A stretch of 44,344 bases of DNA from an uncultured Coriobacteriaceae bacterium (GCA_964472485.1 CAYYLR010000001.1:1-44344), one strand, 5' to 3'; positions 10,306-18,623 are shown, counted from the stretch's first letter. The notes: generated by a model not told the origin, from the letters alone. Program-made: numbers and translations.

Positions 10306-10524
10306 CTACCCGGTGTCCAGGGCGCGCTCCACCGTGTCGATGAGTGCGAAGCGCTCCTCGCCCGAGAGCGCCTTGAGGTACGCGTTCACCTGCGGGCACG
10401 GCGCGTCAGACGGCAGGCCGAGCGCATGCTTGATGGCGCGGTCGATCCGGTGGCGGGTTCCAGCGTCGTTGTCGATCTCCAGGACCCTGAAGAGCCACCC
10501 CATGTGCCGCAAGTAGCACGTCAT
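10306..10524 (-). CDS. Small hypothetical protein (72 aa)
   Basis: This is the inner ATG of ORF 10306..10644. Third-codon-position G/C is very high throughout, consistent with real coding. I recognise no family. Start choice is uncertain. Confidence 0.45.
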   Translation of the reverse strand: MTCYLRHMGWLFRVLEIDNDAGTRHRIDRAIKHALGLPSDAPCPQVNAYLKALSGEERFALIDTVERALDTG

Positions 10525-10658
10525 CTCGCCCACCCCGATCGTCGCGTTCAACGCGCTCCCGATGGAGTGTGTGTACCCGCGTCTCGACCGGTGCACGCCG
10601 CAGCGACCAAGGGAACATATCGGGAAGGACGCCGATCGGCACACGCAAGGAGGTCATC

Positions 10659-11393
10659 ATGGGTGATGAGCGGACTGGCGCCACTGCGGTCATGGAGCCT
10701 CCGTCACCGCCGGCGCCGGGAGCGCCCGCCGCGGCGGGTCGGAGCGAACCGCCGCGCAAGCGTAGGCGGGGTTGCCTGATCGCGCTTGCGGTCGCTGTCG
10801 GGCTCACGCTGCTCGGCGCCGTGGCCGCGGCGCTGCTGATCGAGCGGTCCTCCGAACCCGAGGATGTCGGCATCACCTACTCCGAAGAGGACTTCGACGC
10901 CGTGCTCGGCAGGATCGGCGTCGTGTGGCCCGAGTTGCCCGAAGGCGCGGATCCGGCTGACTACGAGCGCGTGTACAGCGGGCAGAAGCCGCTCGACGTG
11001 ACGCTGACCGAGGCCGAACTCTCGGCGCTCATGTCGTTCCGCCACGGTGAGTCGTACTGGCCGGTCAAGAGCATGACGGTCGATCTGACCGGTGGCGACA
11101 CGGCACGGATCTCGGGTGTCGTTACCTACGCGGGCCGCGACTGGCCGGTCTCAGCGGGCGGGAGCGGTTCGATCTCAGGCGCGGCGCTCGACGTCTCGCT
11201 CGAGTCGGCGCGGGTGGCGGGCATCGACGTGCCGGCCGAGTACCTGCCGTACGGGGAGCGCTTCCTCGAGCTCATGGTCAGCGATCGCCTGTCGCGCATC
11301 TCCGGGTTCGGCGTCGACTCCTTCGAGGTCACCGATGCTGGCGTGCGCATCGTCGGCACCACGTGGGAGACCGCCGAGTACGTGCGGCGATAG
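10659..11393 (+). CDS. Membrane-anchored hypothetical protein (Pro-rich N-terminus, single TM helix, extracytoplasmic domain)
   Basis: The ATG at 10659 is preceded by AAGGAGG with 5-nt spacing. TM segment CLIALAVAVGLTLLGAVAAALLI. No recognised family. Confidence 0.6.
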   Translation: MGDERTGATAVMEPPSPPAPGAPAAAGRSEPPRKRRRGCLIALAVAVGLTLLGAVAAALLIERSSEPEDVGITYSEEDFDAVLGRIGVVWPELPEGADPADYERVYSGQKPLDVTLTEAELSALMSFRHGESYWPVKSMTVDLTGGDTARISGVVTYAGRDWPVSAGGSGSISGAALDVSLESARVAGIDVPAEYLPYGERFLELMVSDRLSRISGFGVDSFEVTDAGVRIVGTTWETAEYVRR

Positions 11394-11396
11394 CGC

Positions 11397-11828
11397 TCAG
11401 CGGCGCGACTCGGACGCGCCTCCGGACTCGCGTGCGTGCAGGTAGGTCACGAAGTGCCGGTCGGCGTCCCCGATGTGTCCGCGCAGCCACCCGGTGACGA
11501 AGGGCGCAAGCGCGGTAGGCGCGACCTCTTCGCCGTTGAAGTAGTCCGCGGTGATCCGCATCGTCTCCGCCGAGAGGTGCTGGTGGAGCGCGCGGTGCGC
11601 GGAGAGCGCCGGGTAGGCTGCCCCGGACATCAGCTCCTCCTCGTCGGCGAAGTGCTGGACGACGTAGTCCGTCAGCTGCCAGACGCAATCCGCGACGACC
11701 TCGTCGTCCGCGCGTTCGGCCGCGATGGCCTCATGCAGCTCGTTCGCCAACTCGAAGAGGCCCCGGTGCTGGGCATCGATCTCCGCGTGGCCGGTCTCGA
11801 GGTCGGGCGTCCATTTGAAGTGCGTCAC
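11397..11828 (-). CDS. Hemerythrin-like metal-binding protein (bacteriohemerythrin)
   Basis: The GTG start at 11828 is preceded by AAGGAG with 5-nt spacing. The sequence THFKWTPDLETGHAEIDAQHRGLF...HFADEEELM...HRALHQHL...WLRGHIGDADRHF gives the H-HxxxE-HxxxH-HxxxxD ligand pattern. The longer 241-aa ORF is an unlikely Arg/Pro-rich extension. Confidence 0.8.
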   Translation of the reverse strand: MTHFKWTPDLETGHAEIDAQHRGLFELANELHEAIAAERADDEVVADCVWQLTDYVVQHFADEEELMSGAAYPALSAHRALHQHLSAETMRITADYFNGEEVAPTALAPFVTGWLRGHIGDADRHFVTYLHARESGGASESRR

Positions 11829-12045
11829 CGGGAGCTCCTTGTCCGTGGCGTCGGCGTGCGACGGTGTCGCGACGGCGCGGTCAGACACGAGCATACGCGC
11901 TGTGACGTCACGCAGGTACCCCTGAGCGAGGCGGTCGCCGAAGCCAGGGGGGAGGGCGCCTCGTCTGGGTTCGGCTATGATGCGTGCTGGCGCCCGTGCG
12001 CGGTGACGGCGCTCGCGAGGCGCACGGCGGGGGAAGGGACGCGCG

Positions 12046-12480
12046 ATGGGGAGCGTTCGTGAGCCGGAGCGGCCGGCAACAGTGAGCGGCCCCGCCGCTC
12101 TGGAGGACTTCGACCTCTGCAACGAGTGCGGGGGTCTGTGCTGCTGTCTCTACCTCGCGCACGACGAGAACGGCGTGTACGTGGGAGACGGCTGGCTCCC
12201 CGGCTACATCGAGTCGTGGATCGATCTTCTCCGGACCAGCGGCGCCCTTGTCGCCGACGAGACCGGATACGGTGCCGGACGCGCCGGCGTCGAGCCGCTT
12301 CACGATCCGCGCTTGAGCCATGCCGACACTCCTGAGGGGGCTGACTATCGCGCGTCGCTTCCGGAGTGGGTCGACGTGCGCAAGTGCCAGTTCTGCCACC
12401 CCGAGACGGGGTGTCTGCTCCCTCGCGGATACCGTGCGCCTATCTGCCGCGACTACACGTGCGAGTTGTGGCGTGGCTAG
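12046..12480 (+). CDS. YkgJ-type cysteine-cluster protein (CxxCxxCC putative Zn/Fe-chelating domain)
   Basis: 144 aa with the N-terminal motif CNECGGLCCC and C-terminal Cys residues (CQFCHPETGC, CRDYTC). It is divergent from the hemerythrin gene. Confidence 0.6.
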   Translation: MGSVREPERPATVSGPAALEDFDLCNECGGLCCCLYLAHDENGVYVGDGWLPGYIESWIDLLRTSGALVADETGYGAGRAGVEPLHDPRLSHADTPEGADYRASLPEWVDVRKCQFCHPETGCLLPRGYRAPICRDYTCELWRG

Positions 12481-12653
12481 GCGCCCGGCGCGAGCGCTGC
12501 GTTGTTCGCCGCGTGCGTTCTGGCGCGGAACCTGCTACACTGCCCGCGCGGGCCGTTGGGGCCCAAAGGATCGCGGCGTGACACTCCGCAGTTCTTGAAG
12601 CGGATGTCGCGTCGCATTTGTTGTGCCCTTCGGGGCGAGGAAGTAGGTTTGGA

Positions 12654-12857
12654 ATGGCTGAAGGTACCGTCAAGTGGTTCAACGCTGACAAGGGTTATGG
12701 CTTCATCTCGCGCGAGGGTGGCGACGACCTGTTCGTCCACTTCTCCGAGATCCAGAGCGATGGCTTCAAGACCCTCGACGAGGGCCAGCGCGTCTCCTTC
12801 GAGGAGGCCACGGGCAACAACGGCAAGCAGCAGGCGACCAACGTCCGCGCGCTCTAA
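12654..12857 (+). CDS. cspA: Cold-shock protein (CspA family)
   Basis: 67 aa, [33 protein letters not shown], with RNP1 (KGYGFI) and RNP2 (VFVHF-like) motifs. It has a long untranslated leader of about 170 nt, as is typical for csp genes. Confidence 0.95.
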   Translation: MAEGTVKWFNADKGYGFISREGGDDLFVHFSEIQSDGFKTLDEGQRVSFEEATGNNGKQQATNVRAL

Positions 12858-12880
12858 GCGTCGCGCGACTCACTGGTAGC

Positions 12881-12910
12881 CGAAGGGCGGCCCCCGCGGG
12901 CCGCCCTTCG
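12881..12910. terminator. Bidirectional hairpin terminator between cspA and the convergent lipoprotein gene
   Basis: Perfect 13-bp stem CGAAGGGCGGCCC / GGGCCGCCCTTCG with a 4-nt loop. No U-tract, which I take to be usual in high-GC genomes. Confidence 0.6.
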
Positions 12911-12951
12911 CGCATCCGGGACTGAACGACGGCCGCGTACAGGCGGCGCGG

Positions 12952-13650
12952 CTACTCGGCGTCCTTGACCTCATAGGGCAGCACGAAGGTGTCCGGGGGG
13001 ATGTCGGCTCCGAGGGTGACGTTGGAGATCATGCGGCGCGTCACATCGAGATCGCCGATCGAGCCGTCGTCCTTCGGGACCGCGCCTCTCGTGATGACAC
13101 CGATCACCGTGCCGTCCTTCACGAGGTAGGTGATGTCCTCGGTGTGCCACGGGTTCGAAGCGCCGGCGGTGTCGGACAGCTCCTGGACGACGTAGCGGAT
13201 GCGCTCGGCTCCGGTCTCGTTGTCGATGCCGTCTGAGACTCCTGCCGCCTTCGGCTTCGTGAACTCGCGCAGGTAGTGGTTGACGCTCGCGACTGAAGGC
13301 TCGCATACCCGGTTGGTGTGCTGGGCGAAGTAGGCGCTCTCGCCGTCCGGAGAGATGATCGACCGGATGAGCTGGCCCTCCTCATAGATGTCGACACGGA
13401 AGAGGCGGCCGTTGATCCAGAAGGTGCCCGACTGTTCGACGGTCTGTCCGTTCGCCCACGTCGACGAGGTCGTGAAGTCGCCCGTCTTGACGCTGGCGTC
13501 AAGGTACGTCTCGAGCGTGGGGGCGGTCGACCCGGTCGAATCGTCCGGCTGGTGGTCGACGGGCGTCAGGAGCGGACAGCAGCCACCGAGCGCAAGCGTG
13601 CCGAGCGCGAACAGGGTGAGGAGTGCGGCGAGTCTGGCGAGGCGGCGCAT
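12952..13650 (-). CDS. Putative lipoprotein (possibly LolA-like fold), function unknown
   Basis: 232 aa. Signal peptide MRRLARLAALLTLFALGTLALGGC with lipobox LGGC. The mature part is beta-rich and hydrophilic. Confidence 0.7.
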   Translation of the reverse strand: MRRLARLAALLTLFALGTLALGGCCPLLTPVDHQPDDSTGSTAPTLETYLDASVKTGDFTTSSTWANGQTVEQSGTFWINGRLFRVDIYEEGQLIRSIISPDGESAYFAQHTNRVCEPSVASVNHYLREFTKPKAAGVSDGIDNETGAERIRYVVQELSDTAGASNPWHTEDITYLVKDGTVIGVITRGAVPKDDGSIGDLDVTRRMISNVTLGADIPPDTFVLPYEVKDAE

Positions 13651-13752
13651 GGGACCCCTTCCGTCGCGGTGGTGCGTCTATCGTAGCGCGGACGCGCGCG
13701 CCGAGTTGGAATGCGGCGGTACCGCGCCGCCGCCCTTCATCGGTGACGTCAC

Positions 13753-13803
13753 TTGACGTAGCGCCCATGCTGCTTCTATCGTCAATCGGCGAACAACGAT
13801 TGA
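13753..13803 (+). promoter_or_regulatory. Candidate ars promoter (TTGACG-18-TATCGT) with an overlapping inverted repeat, TCAATCG-N8-CGATTGA, as putative ArsR operator
   Basis: -35 at 13753-13758 and -10 at 13777-13782. Inverted repeat arms lie at 13782-13788 and 13797-13803, immediately upstream of the arsR start (13814). Confidence 0.35.
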
Positions 13804-13813
13804 ACGGAGCCTC

Positions 13814-14116
13814 ATGGATGACGCTTCTCTCGCACTGGTCGGCAAGGCGCTCGGGCATCCCGCGCGGGTGCGCATCATCCGCCTGCTCGCCGAGCAGGAC
13901 CGCTGCATGGGAGGCGAGATCTTCGATCGTCTGCCACTCGCGCAGTCGACGGTGTCCCAGCACCTCGCGGTGCTCAAGGACGCTGGCCTCATCCGGGCGA
14001 CACCGCGTGGGACCGGCATGGTGTACTGCGTCACGACCGCGCCGCTCGAGGAGTACACGCGGGAGCTGACCGCGCTGCTCGCCGGGCGTCCGGTCTGCGC
14101 ACGAACGGGGGACTGA
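13814..14116 (+). CDS. arsR: ArsR/SmtB family metalloregulator
   Basis: 100 aa with HPARVRIIRLL and recognition helix LAQSTVSQHLAVLKDAGL. It sits directly upstream of acr3, with a 1-nt gap. Confidence 0.85.
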   Translation: MDDASLALVGKALGHPARVRIIRLLAEQDRCMGGEIFDRLPLAQSTVSQHLAVLKDAGLIRATPRGTGMVYCVTTAPLEEYTRELTALLAGRPVCARTGD

Positions 14117-14117
14117 C

Positions 14118-15218
14118 ATGTCCGGCGCCTCCGGGAAGCGGCTGAGCATCTTCGAGCGTTACCTCACCCTCTGGGTGGCGCTCTGTATCGCGGTGGGCAC
14201 GCTCATCGGCAGCCGCTGGCCGGCCGCCGCCGAGTTCATGGACCGGTTCACGGTCGCGGGCATCTCGATACCCGTCGCGGCGCTCATCTGGCTCATGATC
14301 TATCCGATGATGCTCAAGGTCGATTTCGCCGCCGTCAGGCGTGTCGGTGAGCGCAGGAACGGTCTCGTCGTGACGACCGTCGTCAACTGGCTCATCAAGC
14401 CGTTCACGATGTTCGGCATCGCATGGTTGTTCTTCAACGTCATCTTCGAGCCGCTGATCGAACCAGCGCTGGCACAGCAGTATCTCGCCGGAGCCATTCT
14501 GCTCGGCGCTGCTCCCTGCACCGCTATGGTGTTCGTCTGGTCGTACCTGGCCGACGGCGATCCCGCGTACACGCTCGTGCAAGTGGCTTTGAACGACCTC
14601 ATCATGCTCGTGGCGTTCGTGCCGATCGTCTCACTGCTGCTGGGCGTGAGCGGCGTCCCCGTTCCCTGGGACACGCTTGTCCTGTCGGTGGCGCTCTTCG
14701 TCGTCGTCCCGCTCGCAGCCGGATGGTTCACGCGCACGAGCCTCATCGCGAGCCGCGGCGAGACGTGGTTCAACGATTCGTTTCTGCCGAGATTCGGCCC
14801 CGTGACGATGGTGGCGCTGCTCGCGACGCTGGTGCTCATCTTCATCTTCCAGGGACAGGTGATCGTGGCCAACCCGCTCCATATCGTGCTGATCGCGGTC
14901 CCGCTCACGATCCAGACGTTCCTGATCTTCGGCATCGCCTACGGCTGGTCGTATCGGTGGCGCATCGAGCATCCGGTCGCGGCGCCGGCGGGCTTCATCG
15001 GCGCGTCCAACTTCTTCGAGTTGGCCGTTGCCGTCGCCATCGCGCTCTACGGGCTCACGTCAGCCGCCGCGCTTGCGACCGTCGTCGGCGTGCTCGTCGA
15101 GGTGCCGCTCATGCTGACGCTCGTCTGGATCGCCAAGCGCACCCGGGCCGCTGTCTGCGCCCGCCACGAATGCGCGCTGCCGACCGTCGATGCGGCCGTT
15201 CTCACGAGGGAGCCGTGA
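14118..15218 (+). CDS. acr3: Arsenite efflux permease, ACR3 family
   Basis: 366 aa with about 10 TM segments. Motifs LSIFERYLTLWVALCIAVG, IYPMMLKVDF and GAAPCTAMVFVWS (conserved Cys) match the ACR3/ArsB (YqcL) pattern. Confidence 0.9.
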   Translation: MSGASGKRLSIFERYLTLWVALCIAVGTLIGSRWPAAAEFMDRFTVAGISIPVAALIWLMIYPMMLKVDFAAVRRVGERRNGLVVTTVVNWLIKPFTMFGIAWLFFNVIFEPLIEPALAQQYLAGAILLGAAPCTAMVFVWSYLADGDPAYTLVQVALNDLIMLVAFVPIVSLLLGVSGVPVPWDTLVLSVALFVVVPLAAGWFTRTSLIASRGETWFNDSFLPRFGPVTMVALLATLVLIFIFQGQVIVANPLHIVLIAVPLTIQTFLIFGIAYGWSYRWRIEHPVAAPAGFIGASNFFELAVAVAIALYGLTSAAALATVVGVLVEVPLMLTLVWIAKRTRAAVCARHECALPTVDAAVLTREP

Positions 15219-16024
15219 CGGTGCGGCGGATCGCGCTCTACTCCGACGTCCACGGCAATCTCGTCGCGCTCGGAGCGGTGCTTGCAGACATCGAAGCGTC
15301 CGGCATCGGCGAGCGGTACTGCCTCGGCGATCTCGTCGGATACGGTCCCGACCCCGGCGCCGTTATCGCGCGCGTCAGATCGACCGGGGACCCGGTGGTC
15401 CGCGGCAACTACGACGACGGCGTGGGGCACCGGAAGGGCGGATGCGGCTGCTACTACGGCACGCCTGAGGCGAGGGAGGACGGCGCCGCCTCCTACGCGT
15501 TCACCGACGGGGCGCTTGCCGATGACGAGCGCGCGTACCTCGCGGCGCTGCCCGATGAGGTTCGCCTCACCGAAGGCGACGTCCGCGTGCTGCTCTGTCA
15601 CGCGAGCCCGCGCCGCATCAACGAGTACCTCATGCCGGATCGGCCCGACGCGAACCTCGCGAAGCTCGCCGATCTCGGAGCGGCCGATGTCGTGTGCTTC
15701 GGGCACGTCCATCTGCCGTACCACCGGGTGCTGACCGCTGACGACGGCCGGGCGGTCCACTTCGTGAGCGACGGCTCGGCGGGGAGGCCGAAAGACAGCG
15801 ATCCGCGCGCATGCTGGGCGGAGCTCGTCTTCGGCACGAAGGCCGAGGTGAACGCGGCGGCCCAAGGGGACCGGGCGGCCGGCCCGGTGGGCGCTCCGCG
15901 CGGGGAGCGCGTCTGGCTCGGCGTCGTGTTCCATCGCGTCGCCTACGACGTCGATGCTGTCGTCGGCCGCATGGGCGCGGCCGGACTCCCGGCCCGGCTC
16001 GGCGAGGCGCTCCGGGTCGGCTGA
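15215..16024 (+). CDS. Metallophosphoesterase (calcineurin-like, YfcE/MJ0936-type), translationally coupled to acr3
   Basis: The GTG at 15215 overlaps the acr3 TGA (GTGA) and RBS GAGGGAG lies upstream. Motifs SDVHGN, GDLVGYGP, RGNYD and FGHVHLP are present. The listed 533-aa ORF 14423..16024 is mostly an out-of-frame read through acr3. Confidence 0.8.
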   Translation: MTVRRIALYSDVHGNLVALGAVLADIEASGIGERYCLGDLVGYGPDPGAVIARVRSTGDPVVRGNYDDGVGHRKGGCGCYYGTPEAREDGAASYAFTDGALADDERAYLAALPDEVRLTEGDVRVLLCHASPRRINEYLMPDRPDANLAKLADLGAADVVCFGHVHLPYHRVLTADDGRAVHFVSDGSAGRPKDSDPRACWAELVFGTKAEVNAAAQGDRAAGPVGAPRGERVWLGVVFHRVAYDVDAVVGRMGAAGLPARLGEALRVG

Positions 16025-16033
16025 CGAGCCGGG

Positions 16034-17533
16034 CTACTTGAGAAGCGCCTCGTGGTTCTGCGGCCAGCGCGCCTGCGCGTTCCCGGTCGGGTCGGGGATG
16101 TAGTGTTCGCGTTTGAACCTCAAGCCGTGCTCCCCGCGTCCATCGAGGTATGAGCGCAGCTCGAGCGGCAGCTCGGCGGGCACGGCGACGCCGTTCGACG
16201 CAAGCAGCTCGCGCAACATAGCTTCCGCCGCGTCGGCTTCGGCGGCGGCGTCGGCCAGGATACGCGCGGCCTCGGCGGGGTTATGGAAGCCGACCGAGTT
16301 CTCGGCACCCATGTAGTTGAGCCGGTAGAACGCCTGCCGAAAGTGCGCGGCCGCCTCATCGAACGTCGGTTTGACCGCCGAGGAGTCGAAATCGAGCGTC
16401 TCGTTCGCGCGCTCGATGAGCTTGGCGACCGTCGCCACGCGGTATCCGGCGTCGATCATCTGCGCGAGTGTGCGCTCCTGGATCGCGAGCACCTTCGCCC
16501 GCCGCGTCTCGGCGCCATCCGGGTGGCACCGGTCACACGCCTTCATGTCTTGTTTGAGCGGGCTCATGAGGTTGTGGTCGCGGATGACGCGGTCGTTGAC
16601 CCTCATGCGCGGCATGTGGCAGTCGGCGCACGCCACGCCCATCGCGGCGTGGACCGAACTCGCGGTGTAGAACTCGACGTCAGGGTGGCGGATGAAGCCG
16701 AGTCTGAACCCGGTCACGCTCTGCGTCCACTCGAGACGCGCCGGATCGTTCTCCAGCCGGTCGATGATGTTCTCGACCGTGATCGAGCCCCAGGTGCTGC
16801 CCTCCCACGGGAAGTCGACATCCACAGACGCCCCATCGGCCTTCATCACGGAGTACGTGCAGTGACACTGTCCGCACGCGATAAGCCGGCGCTGCGCGAG
16901 GTTCATCTGTTCGAACGGAAGGCCGATCTCCTCAAGGGCCGACTCGGCCGTCCAGCGACGCACCCGGAGTTGCATCGTCCGGTTGTCGTGGCAGTCGATG
17001 CAGGTGGCGCCCAGCTGCCGGTGATGCTCGGGGATCATCTCGACCGCTTCGAGATAGGTCGCCGAGAAGAGTCTCGCGTGGTCGGCCTCGCGCAGATCCT
17101 CGGCGTAGGGTGACTTGCATGTCAGGCACCCGCCGCCGGCCTTCACGCGCGCCGGATCGATGATTTGCTGGTCGATCATCATGTAGTGGTGGCCGCGCGG
17201 CTCGTTGTACTCCACGCCGAACCCCCAGCCGTTGAAGAGCAGCGGCATGAACGGGAACTCGGAGAGCTTGTCGTACATCACGCCGCCGTCGAAGCCACGC
17301 TTGTAGAGGCTCTTGCCGGCGGGACGCGGCTGGGCGGTCGCCTGCCACCGCGCGTACTGCTCGGGATACAGCGCGCCCCAGACGGCGGGGTCGTGTTCGC
17401 CCTCGGGCACGACCTGCCCCGCCGGTCGCCGCTGCTCTGGGCCGCACCCGCTGCCCGAGAGCAGGAGCGCGGTGCCGAGGGCGGCGAGGCCGACGATGGC
17501 GATGCGCGCACGGGCACGGAACAGGCGCTTCAT
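16034..17533 (-). CDS. nrfA: Pentahaem cytochrome c nitrite reductase (ammonia-forming), NrfA
   Basis: 499 aa with a signal peptide and a possible lipobox (LLLSGSGC). It has five haem motifs: CLTCK (the diagnostic CxxCK), CIDCH, CGQCH, CADCH and CDRCH. Confidence 0.9.
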   Translation of the reverse strand: MKRLFRARARIAIVGLAALGTALLLSGSGCGPEQRRPAGQVVPEGEHDPAVWGALYPEQYARWQATAQPRPAGKSLYKRGFDGGVMYDKLSEFPFMPLLFNGWGFGVEYNEPRGHHYMMIDQQIIDPARVKAGGGCLTCKSPYAEDLREADHARLFSATYLEAVEMIPEHHRQLGATCIDCHDNRTMQLRVRRWTAESALEEIGLPFEQMNLAQRRLIACGQCHCTYSVMKADGASVDVDFPWEGSTWGSITVENIIDRLENDPARLEWTQSVTGFRLGFIRHPDVEFYTASSVHAAMGVACADCHMPRMRVNDRVIRDHNLMSPLKQDMKACDRCHPDGAETRRAKVLAIQERTLAQMIDAGYRVATVAKLIERANETLDFDSSAVKPTFDEAAAHFRQAFYRLNYMGAENSVGFHNPAEAARILADAAAEADAAEAMLRELLASNGVAVPAELPLELRSYLDGRGEHGLRFKREHYIPDPTGNAQARWPQNHEALLK

Positions 17534-17615
17534 CTACGGTTTCCTCTCGCTCGCCACGGCGCACTCCCCAGGCGCCGTCAGTCAAGGGATACGTACCCAT
17601 CGGCAACGCGTCGGG

Positions 17616-17644
17616 TTGATTTCGGCGTGCCGGTCGGCTACTCT
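17616..17644 (+). promoter_or_regulatory. Candidate promoter for tRNA-Phe (TTGATT-17-TACTCT)
   Basis: -35 at 17616-17621, 17-nt spacer, -10 at 17639-17644. The tRNA begins 17 nt downstream of the -10. Confidence 0.35.
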
Positions 17645-17660
17645 CTCGTAGCACTTCCAC

Positions 17661-17736
17661 GGCCAGGTAGCTCAGTTGGTAGAGCAGGGGACTGAAAATC
17701 CCCGTGTCGGCGGTTCAAGTCCGTCTCTGGCCACCA
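17661..17736 (+). tRNA. tRNA-Phe (anticodon GAA), CCA encoded
   Basis: Cloverleaf folded by hand: acceptor GGCCAGG/TCTGGCC, D-stem GCTC/GAGC, anticodon stem GGGGA/TCCCC with loop CTGAAAA, T-arm GGCGG-TTCAAGT-CCGTC, discriminator A, then CCA. Confidence 0.95.
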
Positions 17737-17747
17737 TCGACGCCTTC

Positions 17748-17772
17748 ACGACCGGCCCCGGCGGCCGGTCGT
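17748..17772 (+). terminator. Hairpin following tRNA-Phe
   Basis: 10-bp perfect stem ACGACCGGCC / GGCCGGTCGT with a 5-nt loop. Confidence 0.5.
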
Positions 17773-17848
17773 CTCGTATCGTGACGACGGGGGATAGTAC
17801 CCGCAGAGGCGACCGACACGGGGGCGTGACACACGGGTGAGAGGCGAT

Positions 17849-18559
17849 ATGCCAGCGGCGCCGGGATCGTACTCGGTCGAGCTGATCGGAAGCGAAGTCT
17901 GCGGATCGTCCACGGGGACGTTCCGCTTCACGCGGCCCGGCGGATACACGTTTCATCCCGGGCAGCACATCGCTCTTACGCTCGACACGCGCGACGGCCA
18001 GCAGACCAAGCGCTTCTCGCACGCTGACGCGCCGCTCGACGGGGCGATCGAGTTGACCACCCGCCTGTCGGGCTCGGCCTTCAAAGACGCGCTGCTCGCG
18101 CTTGAGCCCGGTACGGCGGTCCGTATGAGGGGCCCTTCGGGCCGGTTGAGGGTGCCCGAAGGGGCCGGTTCGGCGGGGTTCCTGACCGGTGGAGTGGGGA
18201 TCACGCCGGTCCGGAGTATCGTGCGCGACGCGATAGCACGGGATCTCCCGCTGAGGATCGTGCTGTTCTACGGCAACCGCGAACCGGGCTGCATCCCATA
18301 CGCTGACGAGCTCCGGGGTTACGCGTCTCGGCGTGCCGACTTCACGTGCGTCGAGATCGTGGAGGCGCCCGATGCGGCGTGGGCGGGACCGGTCGGCTAT
18401 GTGACCGCCGACGTCGTGCGCGCCGTGGTCTCCCCACCCGAGATCGATCACTGGATCGTTTCGGGTCCGCCCGCGATGGTGGATGCGATGGGTCGCCTCG
18501 TGGAGGAACTCGGAATCCCGGCGGACGACGTCTCATACGAGCGGTTCGCGGGGTACTGA
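17849..18559 (+). CDS. FAD/NAD(P)-binding oxidoreductase (ferredoxin-NADP reductase-like fold)
   Basis: Motifs: an RxFS-type FAD motif (KRFSHA), the NAD(P) motif GGVGITP, and C-terminal SGPPAMV...YERF. The start was chosen at the ATG after GAGAGG; the GTG at 17837 is also possible. Confidence 0.8.
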   Translation: MPAAPGSYSVELIGSEVCGSSTGTFRFTRPGGYTFHPGQHIALTLDTRDGQQTKRFSHADAPLDGAIELTTRLSGSAFKDALLALEPGTAVRMRGPSGRLRVPEGAGSAGFLTGGVGITPVRSIVRDAIARDLPLRIVLFYGNREPGCIPYADELRGYASRRADFTCVEIVEAPDAAWAGPVGYVTADVVRAVVSPPEIDHWIVSGPPAMVDAMGRLVEELGIPADDVSYERFAGY

Positions 18560-18566
18560 ACGTACG

Positions 18567-18597
18567 GATGGGGCCGCCGCCCGGAGGCGACCCCATC
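18567..18597. terminator. Bidirectional hairpin between convergent genes
   Basis: 12-bp stem GATGGGGCCGCC / GGCGACCCCATC with one mismatch and a 7-nt loop. Confidence 0.5.
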
Positions 18598-18623
18598 GCG
18601 GCGCGTGCGGTCGAGAGGGAGGC

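Noticed and set aside
11829-12122. An N-terminal 98-aa extension of the hemerythrin ORF, overlapping the divergent Cys-cluster gene.
   Set aside because: The extension is Arg/Pro-rich with no homology signal. A GTG with a perfect AAGGAG RBS gives the canonical hemerythrin N-terminus (THFKWTP...).
14423-16024. A 533-aa ORF spanning most of acr3 and the phosphoesterase.
   Set aside because: Only the last 270 codons (from the GTG at 15215, with an RBS and an overlap on the acr3 stop) show protein-family motifs. The upstream part is an Arg-rich alternative frame of acr3.
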